Source of the DNA: Clostridia bacterium
GTDB lineage: Bacteria > Bacillota > Clostridia > SK-Y3
NCBI GenBank assembly: GCA_050251575.1
Contig: JBFWMP010000001.1
Span: 7,913-71,912, forward strand
DNA: 64,000 bases
Direction of reading: 5' to 3'
The position numbers and the translations under genes are program-made. Below are positions 50,060 through 60,074 of this stretch, piece after piece. Each line of letters begins with the position of its first letter. Position 1 is the stretch's first letter. The notes beneath the pieces were generated by a model, which was not told the origin of the DNA, ran no database searches, and was given only the letters and a program-made list of their open reading frames with translations.

Positions 50060-50881
50060 CTACTTCTGATGGAAGCCAAGAGACTTAACCATAATATTTA
50101 CAGTAAGAACATTAATAGCGGTATACTTTTCTATCGCATCTTTAACTGCTGCTTGTACCTTTCTCGCCAGATTCGGTAAGTTTCTGCCGTAAGCCAGAGT
50201 GAGCTCTAAAAAGATTATCAGACCAAACTCCTTGTTATCCAACCGTATTTTATTTATTTTTATGACTCCCGCCACTTTTGCTCCTTCATATGCGCATATT
50301 GTATAAATCACCTGATTAGATATAGTGTAATTACCCATATAACTAAAAGTAGGTCTGACCACCGACTTATCTATAGCCTGAATTAAGTCTCCTTTGCCTT
50401 TACGCTGAAAAATTTTTAAAGGATCTAATAAATAACCGGAAAAATCTTTTTTTATTTCAAAGGTAGGAACAGGAATCACATGCTTCCCCTCAAGCCGCCT
50501 TGTCATTCTAGCCCGCTCTATCTCATCCTTGTCTGCTATATCTTCTATATGAATAACTTTAGAAACAGCAGGCAGCCCTAAAGCATTAATAATTGCATCT
50601 ATCATTCCTTGAGAAGTTCCTAATATTAATATACTGGACGGCTTCTCATCAGCTATTGCTTCTCTAACCAAGCGCATATGTTCTGATTCAATAAAAAGTG
50701 CCCTTCGCACAGAAGCAAGCCGCGTCTGTTCCTTTTTTGCTGAAAATCCTGCAATAATGCTGTTTCCTCTTATAAGCAAACCATCATCTATAATATAATT
50801 AATATCATTCTCTTGAGCGACCCACATAGCCCGGTAACTTTTCCCTGAGCCACTGGGTCCAATAAAAGCAATTACCTGCAA
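50060..50881 (-). CDS. P-loop protein fused to a C-terminal Asp23/Gls24-like domain
   Basis: GPSGSGKS Walker A, IIDDGLLI, HVIPVPT, KSVVRP; C-terminal YG...VQAAVKDAIEKYT...VNI. Confidence 0.75.
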   Translation of the reverse strand: MQVIAFIGPSGSGKSYRAMWVAQENDINYIIDDGLLIRGNSIIAGFSAKKEQTRLASVRRALFIESEHMRLVREAIADEKPSSILILGTSQGMIDAIINALGLPAVSKVIHIEDIADKDEIERARMTRRLEGKHVIPVPTFEIKKDFSGYLLDPLKIFQRKGKGDLIQAIDKSVVRPTFSYMGNYTISNQVIYTICAYEGAKVAGVIKINKIRLDNKEFGLIIFLELTLAYGRNLPNLARKVQAAVKDAIEKYTAINVLTVNIMVKSLGFHQK

Positions 50882-50902
50882 AATATAAAACCACCTCGGT
50901 TT

Positions 50903-51538
50903 CTACTCTTTTTCCGTAATCATATAAGATAACGTCATCAAACTATCACTCAAATGAACACTTTCTACTGCTACCGTTTCAGGTACATCTAAATCGGTAT
51001 ATGAAAAATTCCATAATCCCTTTACACCAAGATCAGCAAGCTTCTGTGCTGTTTCAACCACAGTGTCTTTTGGAATTGCAAGAATACCGATATCGACTAC
51101 ATTATTTTTCATGAAACTATCCAACTCATCTATGTGCCTAATCTGGATACCTCGAATCTCCTCACCGACCAACTTTTTATTGGCATCAAATATCCCAACC
51201 AATTTGAATCCTCTCCGCTCGAAGCTAGTATGGTTAGCTAAAGCATGTCCCAAGTTACCTGCTCCAATAAGAATAGAATTGTATCCATTGTATAAGCCTA
51301 AAATGTTGCCAATCTCTTTGTATAAATATTCTACATTATACCCATAACCCTGCTGCCCGAAACCACCGAAACAATTCAAGTCCTGACGAATTTGAGAAGC
51401 AGTAACACCCATTCTTTCGCTAAGCTCTTTTGAAGAAATGCGCGTGATATCGTTTCTTAACAGTTCCTCTAAATACCTGTAATACCTAGGAAGCCTCCTG
51501 ACAACTGCAATAGATACCTTTTTTCTATCATAACCCAT
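50903..51538 (-). CDS. rex: Redox-sensing repressor Rex
   Basis: RRLPRYYR, SQIRQDL, FGQQGYGY, GAGNLG. Confidence 0.96.
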   Translation of the reverse strand: MGYDRKKVSIAVVRRLPRYYRYLEELLRNDITRISSKELSERMGVTASQIRQDLNCFGGFGQQGYGYNVEYLYKEIGNILGLYNGYNSILIGAGNLGHALANHTSFERRGFKLVGIFDANKKLVGEEIRGIQIRHIDELDSFMKNNVVDIGILAIPKDTVVETAQKLADLGVKGLWNFSYTDLDVPETVAVESVHLSDSLMTLSYMITEKE

Positions 51539-51576
51539 GTGCCGTCACTCCTTTGTATTATCTTTCTCATTTGTAA

Positions 51577-51606
51577 ATTATAACCTTTTTGTTAATATAT
51601 TGTCAA
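51577..51606 (-). promoter_or_regulatory. rex promoter overlapped by a Rex-like operator
   Basis: TTGTTAA-TATA-TTGTCAA at 51589-51606 (2 mismatches to TTGTTAA-N4-TTAACAA), overlapping TTGACA; TATAAT at 51577-51582. Confidence 0.6.
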
Positions 51607-51639
51607 TATATTTATATAAATCTATTATTTGTAGTTTTT

Positions 51640-52329
51640 CTACTCTTTAGTCTTTTGCTGAGCAATCAAGTTCGCACTTGCATTCTTAATGTGTTCACAC
51701 ATAAGTCTTTCTGCTCTTTCTCCATCCCTGTCCACAATTGCCTGCAAAATAGCTTTATGCTCTTCCAGTGAATTTCGTGCTCTCCCAGGAGCCTCAAATG
51801 AGGTTCCTCTCGCTCTCTTTATATAATGGTGAAATAACGACAGCGTATGCTTTAGCGGATTACTCTTACAAGCTTCATAAATAAGCTCATGAAATTTCGA
51901 ATCCAAACTTTGCAAATGTTGCATATCACTCTTGTTAGTAAAAAATTCCGACAACTCTACTGATTCTTTTAACTGCTCAACTTCTTCCGCAAAAATCTTT
52001 TCTGCAGCCCACCGTGCTGCCAAGCCTTCAATAAGCATTCGTATCGTATAGATATCTTCGATATCTTTAGTAGATATCCCCAATACAACGGCACCCTTGT
52101 TAGGAATCGTTTTTACCAATCCTTCCAGCTCAAGCTGCCTTATTGCTTCTCTTATCGGTGTACGGCTCACTCCTAGCTCCTCTGATAGCTTTGTTTCAAT
52201 CAAGCTGTCACCAGGCTCAAGCTTACCATTCAAGATATCTTCTTCTAATGCTTTGAACACTTTAGCTCTCAGAGAATAATTATCACTCTCTTGAACTCTC
52301 TCAATTTTTCGCATGTATATTTCCCCCAT
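51640..52329 (-). CDS. GntR/FadR-family regulator (FCD domain)
   Basis: LGVSRTPIREA HTH; FHELI, EH..IL..I..RD...A. Confidence 0.92.
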   Translation of the reverse strand: MGEIYMRKIERVQESDNYSLRAKVFKALEEDILNGKLEPGDSLIETKLSEELGVSRTPIREAIRQLELEGLVKTIPNKGAVVLGISTKDIEDIYTIRMLIEGLAARWAAEKIFAEEVEQLKESVELSEFFTNKSDMQHLQSLDSKFHELIYEACKSNPLKHTLSLFHHYIKRARGTSFEAPGRARNSLEEHKAILQAIVDRDGERAERLMCEHIKNASANLIAQQKTKE

Positions 52330-52446
52330 AAAATAATGCAGAATTGAGGCATAGTATTTGCTCTATATTCTGCACTCTTATTCTACATTATTAGTAATAA
52401 TTTTTCAATTATTTATTTTTTGGTGAATTGATAATTAATCATCATA

Positions 52447-53817
52447 CTATCTTTTAAATCTTCCCGGTGCATTCTGCTCTACCAGTTCTTCCAATTCTTC
52501 ATCACTGATAGCAATAATACGTCCATTTTCATATTCTGCATCTACCCATTCCCTTATCTTTGCAATCATCGGGTCTTTTTTATCAATCTTATCTTCTTTA
52601 AGCCTATAATAAGTATTGATCCAATGGGCAATACCTGCTAATCCCGAAAGATTAGTAACAGCTACCATCGCCGGTCTGTTCAGCAACAAATCCGTATCAA
52701 ATATATTGTAAATTTCTTCGTCTTTTAATAACCCGTCTGCATGTATACCTGCTCTTGTTACATTAAAATTCTTTCCTACAAATGGTGTCATTGGTGGTAT
52801 TTCGTAGCCTATCTCTTTCTCAAAATATTCTGCAATTTCAGTAATCACTGTAGTATCCATGCCATCTGTTGTACCTCTTAAGCTGGCATATTCAAACACC
52901 ATCGCTTCCAACGGCACATTTCCGGTCCGCTCTCCGATACCCAACATTGAACAATTAACTGCAGAAGCACCATATAGCCATGCAGTTGTGGCATTGGATA
53001 CACCTTTGTAAAAATCATTATGGCCATGCCATTCAAGCAGTTCTGCAGGAACATCGGCATAATGCCTCAGCCCATAAATAATTCCCTGTACACTTCTAGG
53101 AAGTGCTACACCCGGATAAGATACCCCATATCCCATCGTATCACATGCTCTGATTTTGATTGGAATATTTGCTTCCTTCGATAACTTACTTAGCTCATTT
53201 ACAAATGGAACCACAAAACCATAAAAATCTGCCCGTGTAATATCTTCAAGATGACATCTCGGTTTTACACCAATATCAAGAGCATCCTTCACTATGCTTA
53301 AATAATGTTCTGCTGCCTGCCTTCTCGTCATATTTAATTTCTTAAAAATATGATAGTCAGAGCAGCTTACCAAGATACCCGTTTCTTTAATGCCTATATC
53401 TTTCACAAGTTTAAAGTCGTTTTTAGTTGCTCGAATCCATGTAGTGACTTCTGGGAACTCGTATCCTCTTTCCATACATTTATTAAGAGCAGATCTGTCT
53501 TTTTGACTATATAGAAAGAATTCTGTCTGTTTGATGATTCCCTTCGGACCGCTAAGACGATGCAGCATATCAAAAATATCCACAATCTGCTGTGAGGTAT
53601 ACGGTGTGCGTGACTGCTGTCCGTCTCTGAAGGTTGTATCGGTTATCCATATATCATCCGGGACATTAAAAGGAACATGACGATGATTAAAGGGTACCTT
53701 TGGTACTTCGTCATACGGGAATAATACACGATAAAGATTTGGTTCCTTAATATCCTGCAAATTATATTTATACGCTGCTTGTTCCAGTGTGTTGCTCTTT
53801 TCACTAAATTCTAACAT
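52447..53817 (-). CDS. DRE-TIM metallolyase, probably Re-citrate synthase (start probably ATG 53817)
   Basis: ITDTTFRDGQQ, RCHLEDITRAD, WHGHND, GIGERTGN, AGIHADG; no LeuA regulatory domain. Confidence 0.75.
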   Translation of the reverse strand: MLEFSEKSNTLEQAAYKYNLQDIKEPNLYRVLFPYDEVPKVPFNHRHVPFNVPDDIWITDTTFRDGQQSRTPYTSQQIVDIFDMLHRLSGPKGIIKQTEFFLYSQKDRSALNKCMERGYEFPEVTTWIRATKNDFKLVKDIGIKETGILVSCSDYHIFKKLNMTRRQAAEHYLSIVKDALDIGVKPRCHLEDITRADFYGFVVPFVNELSKLSKEANIPIKIRACDTMGYGVSYPGVALPRSVQGIIYGLRHYADVPAELLEWHGHNDFYKGVSNATTAWLYGASAVNCSMLGIGERTGNVPLEAMVFEYASLRGTTDGMDTTVITEIAEYFEKEIGYEIPPMTPFVGKNFNVTRAGIHADGLLKDEEIYNIFDTDLLLNRPAMVAVTNLSGLAGIAHWINTYYRLKEDKIDKKDPMIAKIREWVDAEYENGRIIAISDEELEELVEQNAPGRFKR

Positions 53818-53885
53818 TCTCATACCCCTCTGCAATTGTACTAACCCCTCTTCTTTGTATATGTCCATACATGTTTATATGTATA

Positions 53886-53914
53886 ATTGTATACAATCCT
53901 GTAAAGAATGTCAA
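53886..53914 (-). promoter_or_regulatory. Promoter TTGACA-17-TACAAT with the palindrome ATTGTATACAAT over the -10 (GntR-type operator)
   Basis: -35 at 53909-53914; palindrome at 53886-53897; GntR gene is the next cistron. Confidence 0.65.
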
Positions 53915-54013
53915 TAAAAAAATGAAATTTTAAATCACTATTCTTGCATTTTTAAAATATGTCTTTTAATTACCAGGAATAGTTCGGATACCATTAACAT
54001 AAACTATTAGTAG

Positions 54014-54151
54014 TTGTACACATTATGTTTTAAATAGTCCACAGTATCCACAGAGTTATCCACAGGGTCCAAACACTAATTCTCCAAAATGCGACAATGT
54101 TTTCCACACAATTCACAATGTATGTTTCAACAACATCCACATTGTGGACAA
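54014..54151. promoter_or_regulatory. DnaA-box cluster
   Basis: TTATCCACA 54056, TTTTCCACA 54100, GTATCCACA 54044, TTGTACACA 54014, reverse TTGTCCACA 54143, plus weaker boxes at 54035, 54109 and 54133. Confidence 0.75.
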
Positions 54152-54221
54152 TCAGGAGTATTGTAAACATAATGATACGAACATCCCGTATTTTATTTTC
54201 CAGTTAGGTTATCAAAATTAC

Positions 54222-54275
54222 CAATAGTATAAGAAAGACACCGGATAAGACGCCGGTGTCTTTCTTATACTATTG
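54222..54275. terminator. Perfect 23-bp stem hairpin downstream of tsaD
   Basis: CAATAGTATAAGAAAGACACCGG-ATAAGACG-CCGGTGTCTTTCTTATACTATTG. Confidence 0.8.
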
Positions 54276-54299
54276 CGCAATATAGAAATAATGCGACGC

Positions 54300-54468
54300 A
54301 ATGTACCTTAATTTTGCGTTGGTTGTATCGGTTGTCATCGGTTGCATTGGTTGTCATCCTGAGCGTATGCGAAGGATCTTATGTTTTAAAACTCAAGATT
54401 CTTCACTGCGTTCAGAATGACAGATAACGTCACAATATTCTACTAATACGCAAAAATTACAATACATT
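54300..54468. mobile_element. REP-like core (54352-54422) within a different pair of outer inverted repeats
   Basis: TGTCATCCTGAGCGTATGCGAAGGATCT...AGATTCTTCACTGCGTTCAGAATGACA; outer AATGTACCTTAATTTTGCGT / ACGCAAAAATTACAATACATT; four GGTTG(T)CATC-like repeats. Confidence 0.65.
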
Positions 54469-55506
54469 TCAAAACGCATGCTCACCTAACTTTAAGTTAG
54501 GAACTGCATTTAAGTCTAGCCCGGCACATCTGTCGGACATATATTCATAATAGGCCGCACAAGCAATCATTGCAGCATTATCAGTGCAAAGTATGGGTGA
54601 TGGATAGCAAACCTTGATATTCTCTTTTTCTGCCTTTTCCATTAACAACTGTCTGAGTGCACTATTCGCAGCGACTCCTCCGGCCAACGCAATCGTATTC
54701 ACACACTTGTTTTTTGCAGCTGCCAGCGTTTTATCTGTCAATACCTCTACCACAGCGTTCTGAAAACTTGCTGCGACATCCGCCTTATTATACTCCTCAC
54801 CTTTTTGCTCCAATTTATGAATATAGTTCAATACCGCAGTTTTTACACCACTAAAACTGAAATCCAAGCTTCCATCTTCAAAACTGACACGCGGAAAACG
54901 AATCGCATCCTTGTTCCCTTGCTTTGCAAGTTTATCTATCAAGGGTCCACCAGGGTATCCTAAGCCGATTACCCTGGCAACCTTGTCAAACGCTTCCCCT
55001 GCAGCATCATCCCTGGTTTTCCCTAATATCTCAAAAGTATTATAATCTTTTACATAGACAATATGGCTGTGTCCTCCTGAAGCTACAAGGCACAAATAAG
55101 GAGGCTGCAAATCTTCATGCTCTAAATAGTTTGCCGCGATATGCCCTTCAATATGATGAACACCCACCAAGGGTTTATTTAAAGCAAAGGATAAGGCTTT
55201 AGCAGTCGATACTCCGACAAGAAGTGCACCAACCAATCCCGGTCCATAAGTAACTCCGATAATATCAATGTCCTTAAAAGAAACTCCTGCTTTATCTAAG
55301 GCTTCCTGGATAACTGCATTAATCATCTCAATATGTTTTCTGGATGCAATCTCCGGAACAACACCACCATACCTCTGATGTAAATCAATCTGCGAAGAAA
55401 TAACATTAGACAAAACTTTTCTCCCACCTGTTACTACCGCGGCTGAAGTTTCATCACATGAAGTTTCTATCCCCAATATCACACATTCTTTTTTCATTTG
55501 CATCAT
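54469..55506 (-). CDS. tsaD: tRNA N6-adenosine threonylcarbamoyltransferase TsaD
   Basis: [42 protein letters not shown]. Confidence 0.98.
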   Translation of the reverse strand: MMQMKKECVILGIETSCDETSAAVVTGGRKVLSNVISSQIDLHQRYGGVVPEIASRKHIEMINAVIQEALDKAGVSFKDIDIIGVTYGPGLVGALLVGVSTAKALSFALNKPLVGVHHIEGHIAANYLEHEDLQPPYLCLVASGGHSHIVYVKDYNTFEILGKTRDDAAGEAFDKVARVIGLGYPGGPLIDKLAKQGNKDAIRFPRVSFEDGSLDFSFSGVKTAVLNYIHKLEQKGEEYNKADVAASFQNAVVEVLTDKTLAAAKNKCVNTIALAGGVAANSALRQLLMEKAEKENIKVCYPSPILCTDNAAMIACAAYYEYMSDRCAGLDLNAVPNLKLGEHAF

Positions 55507-57914
55507 CCTTTATTAAACTTTGCTGTACACTCGGCAAAGCTCTTCAATTTTTCATACACCCTATGATTCACAGAATCTTTCGGATATTTCCCATCTTGAT
55601 TCTTTACACCTGCTTCAAATCCTGTAAGAATCTTTATTCCTTCATCTATCGTTTTAATGGGATATATATGAAATAACCCATTTTTTACAGCTAAAAGAAC
55701 TTCTTCCTTAAGCAAGAGGTTTTTTATATTCTGAAACGGGATCATGACTCCTTGCTCACCGGTTAATTTCTTGCATTTGCATAATTCAAAGAAACCTTCA
55801 ATCTTTTGATTTACTCCCCCAATGGGTTGTATTTCTCCTTTTTGATTGACTGACCCCGTTACTGCAATCCCTTGTTTTATAGGAAGTTCAGATAAGCTGG
55901 ATAGTAATGCATATAACTCAGTACTGGATGCACTATCCCCATCTACCCCACTGTAAAGCTGTTCAAAGCATATGCTTGCCGTAAGGGCAAGCGGCATTTC
56001 CTGTGCATATTTCTGCCCTATATATCCTGATAATATCATTACTCCCTTGCTATGAGATGTACCACTCATTTCTATCTCACGTTCAATATTCACGATTCCG
56101 CTTTTTCCAATATAAGTTGCAGCTGTAATTCTTGACGGCTTGCCAAACGAGTAATCTCCCATATCCAATACCGAAAGACCATTAATCTGCCCAACAACAC
56201 TTCCGGTAACATCGACCATGATCGTTCCTTCATCCATCAACTTAAGAAGCTTCTCATCATATTTATTAGATCTACGTTCCTTTTCCATGACTGCCTTATC
56301 TACGTGTCTTGAAGTAACGATACTGCTTCCCTCGATTGTTGCCCACGCAGAAGACTCTGCCAGTATTTCCACGATATCATTAAAGCGTGTGCTTAGTTTA
56401 GTATGATCTTCTACCAAACGTGAACTGTAGCCAATAATCTTTACCACTGATGTCTTATCAAACGGAAGCACTCCTTCCCTTTTACAGAAGGAGTTGATGA
56501 ATTGCGCATATTTTAAAATGTTTTCAGTATTCTTTTCCATTTCTTCATCAAAATCAGCTTTAATTTTAAAAAGCTTTTTAAAATCCTTATCATGTTGTAA
56601 AAGCAAGTGATAAAGCTCAGAGTTCCCTACCATCAGCACTTTAATATTTAAAGGAATGGCTTCAGGGCGCAGTGTAGATACCACTGCAAGCCCTAAATGC
56701 TCTTGCATATTTTCTATGGTAATCTTCTTAGTTCGTAGTGCTCTTTTTAATGCTTCCCACGAATGTACATTTTTCAGCAAGTCATCTGCTTGCAAAATCA
56801 AATATCCCCCATTTGCCTGATGCAGCAAACCGGGCTTTATCATCGTATGATTTGTAATTATTGATCCATGCTCCGACTCATATTCGACCCGTCCTATCAG
56901 ATTATAATAAGAAGGATTAAAGTCAACGATAACCGGCGCACCTTTAATATTACTATTATCTATAATCAGGTTTACCTGATATTTTTCATCCAAACCCTTT
57001 TCTTCGGGTGCTGCAGAAGGAACAAGTACAATCTGAGATTGCTCTTCACTTGGTTCTTCATCGATAAAATCTCCTAAATTGTCTAAAATATCATCTTGTA
57101 TTTTTTTTAGATATTCCTGTACCGTTTCATAGTTTTTATACTTTTCCTGCAAGTCATTGATATGCATACCTACTGCAAATAATGCAATCTTATGCTCCCA
57201 CTCGCTAACTTTTTCTTCGGCCTCTTTCTCGGTGTTCTTAACCGCTCTGATAATATCCAACAACTCCAATTGAAGCTTCTGGGACCTCTCCCGGATTATC
57301 ATCTTTTCTTTTTCCTCAAGCCCTGCATATTCTTCTTCCGTGAGTGTCTTTCCTTCTATTATTGGCAAAAAATATACCCCTGCATTGGTTACACTTACCT
57401 TAAAGCCTTTTTCTATCGCACCTCCATCCAGCTGTTCCAACAGCAAATCTCTTCTGCTTTGGAATTCTTTGATAATCATCGTTTTTTCTTTTTCATATTC
57501 ACTGCTGCTAAAAGCTTTCGGTATCTCACTTTTAATAATAGAAACAAACTGCTCCATATCCCGTTTAAAATCTTTTCCCATTCCTGCCGGCAAATTGACG
57601 GCAATAGGATAGGCAGGCTTATCAAAGTTATATAAGTAACACCAATCATCCGGTATATTTTCCTTGGCAGCAAGCTTCTTGACATAGGTCTCTGCATAAC
57701 TGGTTTTTCCCGTACCTGTTAGACCGGATAGATAAATGTTATAACCTCTTATCTTGATTTTCAACCCGAATTCTATTGCATTTACTGCTCTCTCCTGCCC
57801 AATAATATCATAAAGAGGGTCTAACTCTTCTGTGGTATGAAAAGGAAGCTGCTCTATACTTATATCATTGTTGAGCTGCTCATAGGACATTTCATAAGAT
57901 TTTTTATTTTTCAT
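55503..57914 (-). CDS. LonC/LonB-like S16 protease
   Basis: [49 protein letters not shown]. Confidence 0.9.
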   Translation of the reverse strand: MKNKKSYEMSYEQLNNDISIEQLPFHTTEELDPLYDIIGQERAVNAIEFGLKIKIRGYNIYLSGLTGTGKTSYAETYVKKLAAKENIPDDWCYLYNFDKPAYPIAVNLPAGMGKDFKRDMEQFVSIIKSEIPKAFSSSEYEKEKTMIIKEFQSRRDLLLEQLDGGAIEKGFKVSVTNAGVYFLPIIEGKTLTEEEYAGLEEKEKMIIRERSQKLQLELLDIIRAVKNTEKEAEEKVSEWEHKIALFAVGMHINDLQEKYKNYETVQEYLKKIQDDILDNLGDFIDEEPSEEQSQIVLVPSAAPEEKGLDEKYQVNLIIDNSNIKGAPVIVDFNPSYYNLIGRVEYESEHGSIITNHTMIKPGLLHQANGGYLILQADDLLKNVHSWEALKRALRTKKITIENMQEHLGLAVVSTLRPEAIPLNIKVLMVGNSELYHLLLQHDKDFKKLFKIKADFDEEMEKNTENILKYAQFINSFCKREGVLPFDKTSVVKIIGYSSRLVEDHTKLSTRFNDIVEILAESSAWATIEGSSIVTSRHVDKAVMEKERRSNKYDEKLLKLMDEGTIMVDVTGSVVGQINGLSVLDMGDYSFGKPSRITAATYIGKSGIVNIEREIEMSGTSHSKGVMILSGYIGQKYAQEMPLALTASICFEQLYSGVDGDSASSTELYALLSSLSELPIKQGIAVTGSVNQKGEIQPIGGVNQKIEGFFELCKCKKLTGEQGVMIPFQNIKNLLLKEEVLLAVKNGLFHIYPIKTIDEGIKILTGFEAGVKNQDGKYPKDSVNHRVYEKLKSFAECTAKFNKG

Positions 57915-57929
57915 TGATTTTCCCCCTAT

Positions 57930-58373
57930 TCAAATGCTAAGTGTCATCAATAATGCATCTTCATGGTTGTCTGCGTAATATCCTTTCCTTTTTCCAACCA
58001 CTTGAAAGCCATATTTTTCATAAAGTCTTTGTGCTGCTGTATTACTTTCCCTTACTTCCAGCATTAAGCTTTCAATCTCTTTCGCTCTTGCAACAACAAC
58101 CAACGCTTCTAGTATAGAACTAGCTACCTGCATTCTCCTAAACTCAGGATGAACGGCAATGTTAGTAATGTGTCCCTCTTCAAATACCTTCCACATGCCT
58201 CCATAGCCTACTATCATTTCATCATATTTGGCTATAACGTAAAGAGCGTGCTTATTATTTGTGATTTCCTGTTCAAAGGAATACCTCGTCCAGGGTATAC
58301 TAAAGCTTAAATGCTCTATCTCCATAACACTGTCAATATCCTGCTGGTTCATCAGCATGACTTTTATCTGCAT
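57930..58373 (-). CDS. rimI: Ribosomal protein alanine N-acetyltransferase RimI (start probably ATG 58373)
   Basis: GHITNIAVHPEFRR, LEVRESN, RKGYY...EDA. Confidence 0.93.
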   Translation of the reverse strand: MQIKVMLMNQQDIDSVMEIEHLSFSIPWTRYSFEQEITNNKHALYVIAKYDEMIVGYGGMWKVFEEGHITNIAVHPEFRRMQVASSILEALVVVARAKEIESLMLEVRESNTAAQRLYEKYGFQVVGKRKGYYADNHEDALLMTLSI

Positions 58374-58386
58374 ATTATCCCTTCTT

Positions 58387-58866
58387 CTATCTCTCTTCAT
58401 TCTCTAGTATCTTTTTAAGTGCATAGAATATTTCATCTGAACATAAACGATAGCTATCAACAGATAATCCGAAAGGATCGCTGATATCCATATCATCCAT
58501 ATCACCTACACCATATGCATATTCTTTGAGAGCAAATATCTTATTCTCTGCTTGAGGATGCATCCTTAGTAATACTTGCTTGTGATTCCTAGTCATTGTA
58601 AGAATAATATCTGCCTGCTCAATGAGACTTTCTGTAACCTGCCGGGACTGATGCTGTGTTAAGTCTATTCCCCTTTCACTCATCACCGAAACAGCTTGTT
58701 CACTTGCACTCGAAGGATAAAAAACAGATACTCCTGCTGAGGATACTTGTATACCCTGCAGTCCTTTCTCCTCTAACATTTTCTTAAATATTGCTTCTGC
58801 CATGCTGCTCCGACAAGTATTACCGGTGCAGACGAACAGTATTTTATTAATCTGATTCATAAGCAT
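58387..58866 (-). CDS. ywlE: Low-molecular-weight protein arginine phosphatase (YwlE-like)
   Basis: FVCTGNTCRS, DISDPFG; follows sua5. Confidence 0.85.
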   Translation of the reverse strand: MLMNQINKILFVCTGNTCRSSMAEAIFKKMLEEKGLQGIQVSSAGVSVFYPSSASEQAVSVMSERGIDLTQHQSRQVTESLIEQADIILTMTRNHKQVLLRMHPQAENKIFALKEYAYGVGDMDDMDISDPFGLSVDSYRLCSDEIFYALKKILENEER

Positions 58867-58886
58867 TCACCTTTCAGAAAATCAAT

Positions 58887-58993
58887 GTCCCAGCTCTTAG
58901 TTCCAAGCTCTTAGTTCCAAGCTCTTAGCTCTTAGCTCCTAGCTCCTAGCTCCCAGCTCCTAGCTCCTAGCTCCCAGCTCCTAGCTCCCAGCT
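58887..58993. repeat. 15-unit heptamer array (CTCCTAG/CTCCCAG/CTCTTAG/TTCCAAG)
   Basis: Read directly; abuts the sua5 stop codon. Confidence 0.95.
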
Positions 58994-60055
58994 CTACACC
59001 CGTATAATATTATACCCTGCCGCCTTATTCAATCTATTCGTAATTGCCATTCCAATGCCCTGATCACTAACCGATTGCACATAGATAATGTCAACACCCA
59101 ATTCATCAAATCGCCGCAAAGTACAAAATAAGTTTGCAGCAATAGATTGAGGATACTTTTCACTTCCAACTGAAAGCACATAATCAGCATTATACAATAA
59201 CGCCGTCTCATCCAAAGCCATGATTCCTGTCTTTAATCCTTTAGTACGTTCTTCCTGCGACATTTGATTAATTACTTCTACTGCCGTATCTTGATTTCCC
59301 TCAATGATAATTACCCGGGCATTAGGTGCATAGTGCTTGTACTTCATTCCGGGTGAACGAGGAATGGTACTGTCTAATGATTGTTTAATGCCGGCAGCCT
59401 CCACATGTATTTCTCCGAGAACTTTTCTGAGTTGCTCAACCGTAATACCTCCCGGCCTTAATAGTATAGGAACCTCCTCACTAATATCAACAACCGTCGA
59501 CTCCAATCCCACTTGGGCTGGTCCTCCGTCTATAATCACATCAACCTTTCCATACAAATCATCTATAACATGCTGAGCTATTGTTGGGCTTGGCTTTCCA
59601 GAAGTATTTGCACTTGGGGCAGCTATAGGTATCCCTGCTGCCTCTATCAGGCTGCACGCTAAAGGATGTGCCGGAAATCGAACTGCTACAGTATCCAATC
59701 CTGCTGTAATCATTTGAGGCACGATAATCGACTTCTTCATCACTATAGTAAGCGGACCAGGCCAAAAAGCTTCTGCCAGCTTATCTAGAGAACTAGATGT
59801 TCCCTGTATCAATCTATATATTTCTTCTAAACTGGCTATATGTATTATAAGTGGATTATCAGCTGGGCGGCCTTTTGCTTTAAATATCTTATGTATTGCT
59901 TGCTCATTTAATGCATTAGCACCCAAACCATAAACCGTTTCAGTTGGGAAAGCCACTGTCCCATTATCCCTCAAGACTTTTGCCGCATATTCAATCTTAT
60001 CCATTTCCAACTCTAATTCATTTATCTTCAGTATCTCTGTCTTCAAAACCATCAC
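58994..60055 (-). CDS. sua5: L-threonylcarbamoyladenylate synthase (Sua5/YwlC)
   Basis: FPTETVYGLG, KGRPADNPLI, AAPSAN, GLESTV, SPGMKYKHYAP. Confidence 0.96.
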   Translation of the reverse strand: MMVLKTEILKINELELEMDKIEYAAKVLRDNGTVAFPTETVYGLGANALNEQAIHKIFKAKGRPADNPLIIHIASLEEIYRLIQGTSSSLDKLAEAFWPGPLTIVMKKSIIVPQMITAGLDTVAVRFPAHPLACSLIEAAGIPIAAPSANTSGKPSPTIAQHVIDDLYGKVDVIIDGGPAQVGLESTVVDISEEVPILLRPGGITVEQLRKVLGEIHVEAAGIKQSLDSTIPRSPGMKYKHYAPNARVIIIEGNQDTAVEVINQMSQEERTKGLKTGIMALDETALLYNADYVLSVGSEKYPQSIAANLFCTLRRFDELGVDIIYVQSVSDQGIGMAITNRLNKAAGYNIIRV

Positions 60056-60074
60056 TCCAAATTTCAGTTCTTAT

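Noticed and set aside
52447-53817. leuA (2-isopropylmalate synthase)
   Set aside because: No C-terminal regulatory domain and no leu genes nearby; motifs fit the Re-citrate synthase subgroup better
54014-54151. oriC
   Set aside because: No dnaA, dnaN or rpmH nearby and no switch in gene orientation across the site
58887-58993. CRISPR array (also 40388 and 60075)
   Set aside because: 7-bp units with no spacers and no cas genes
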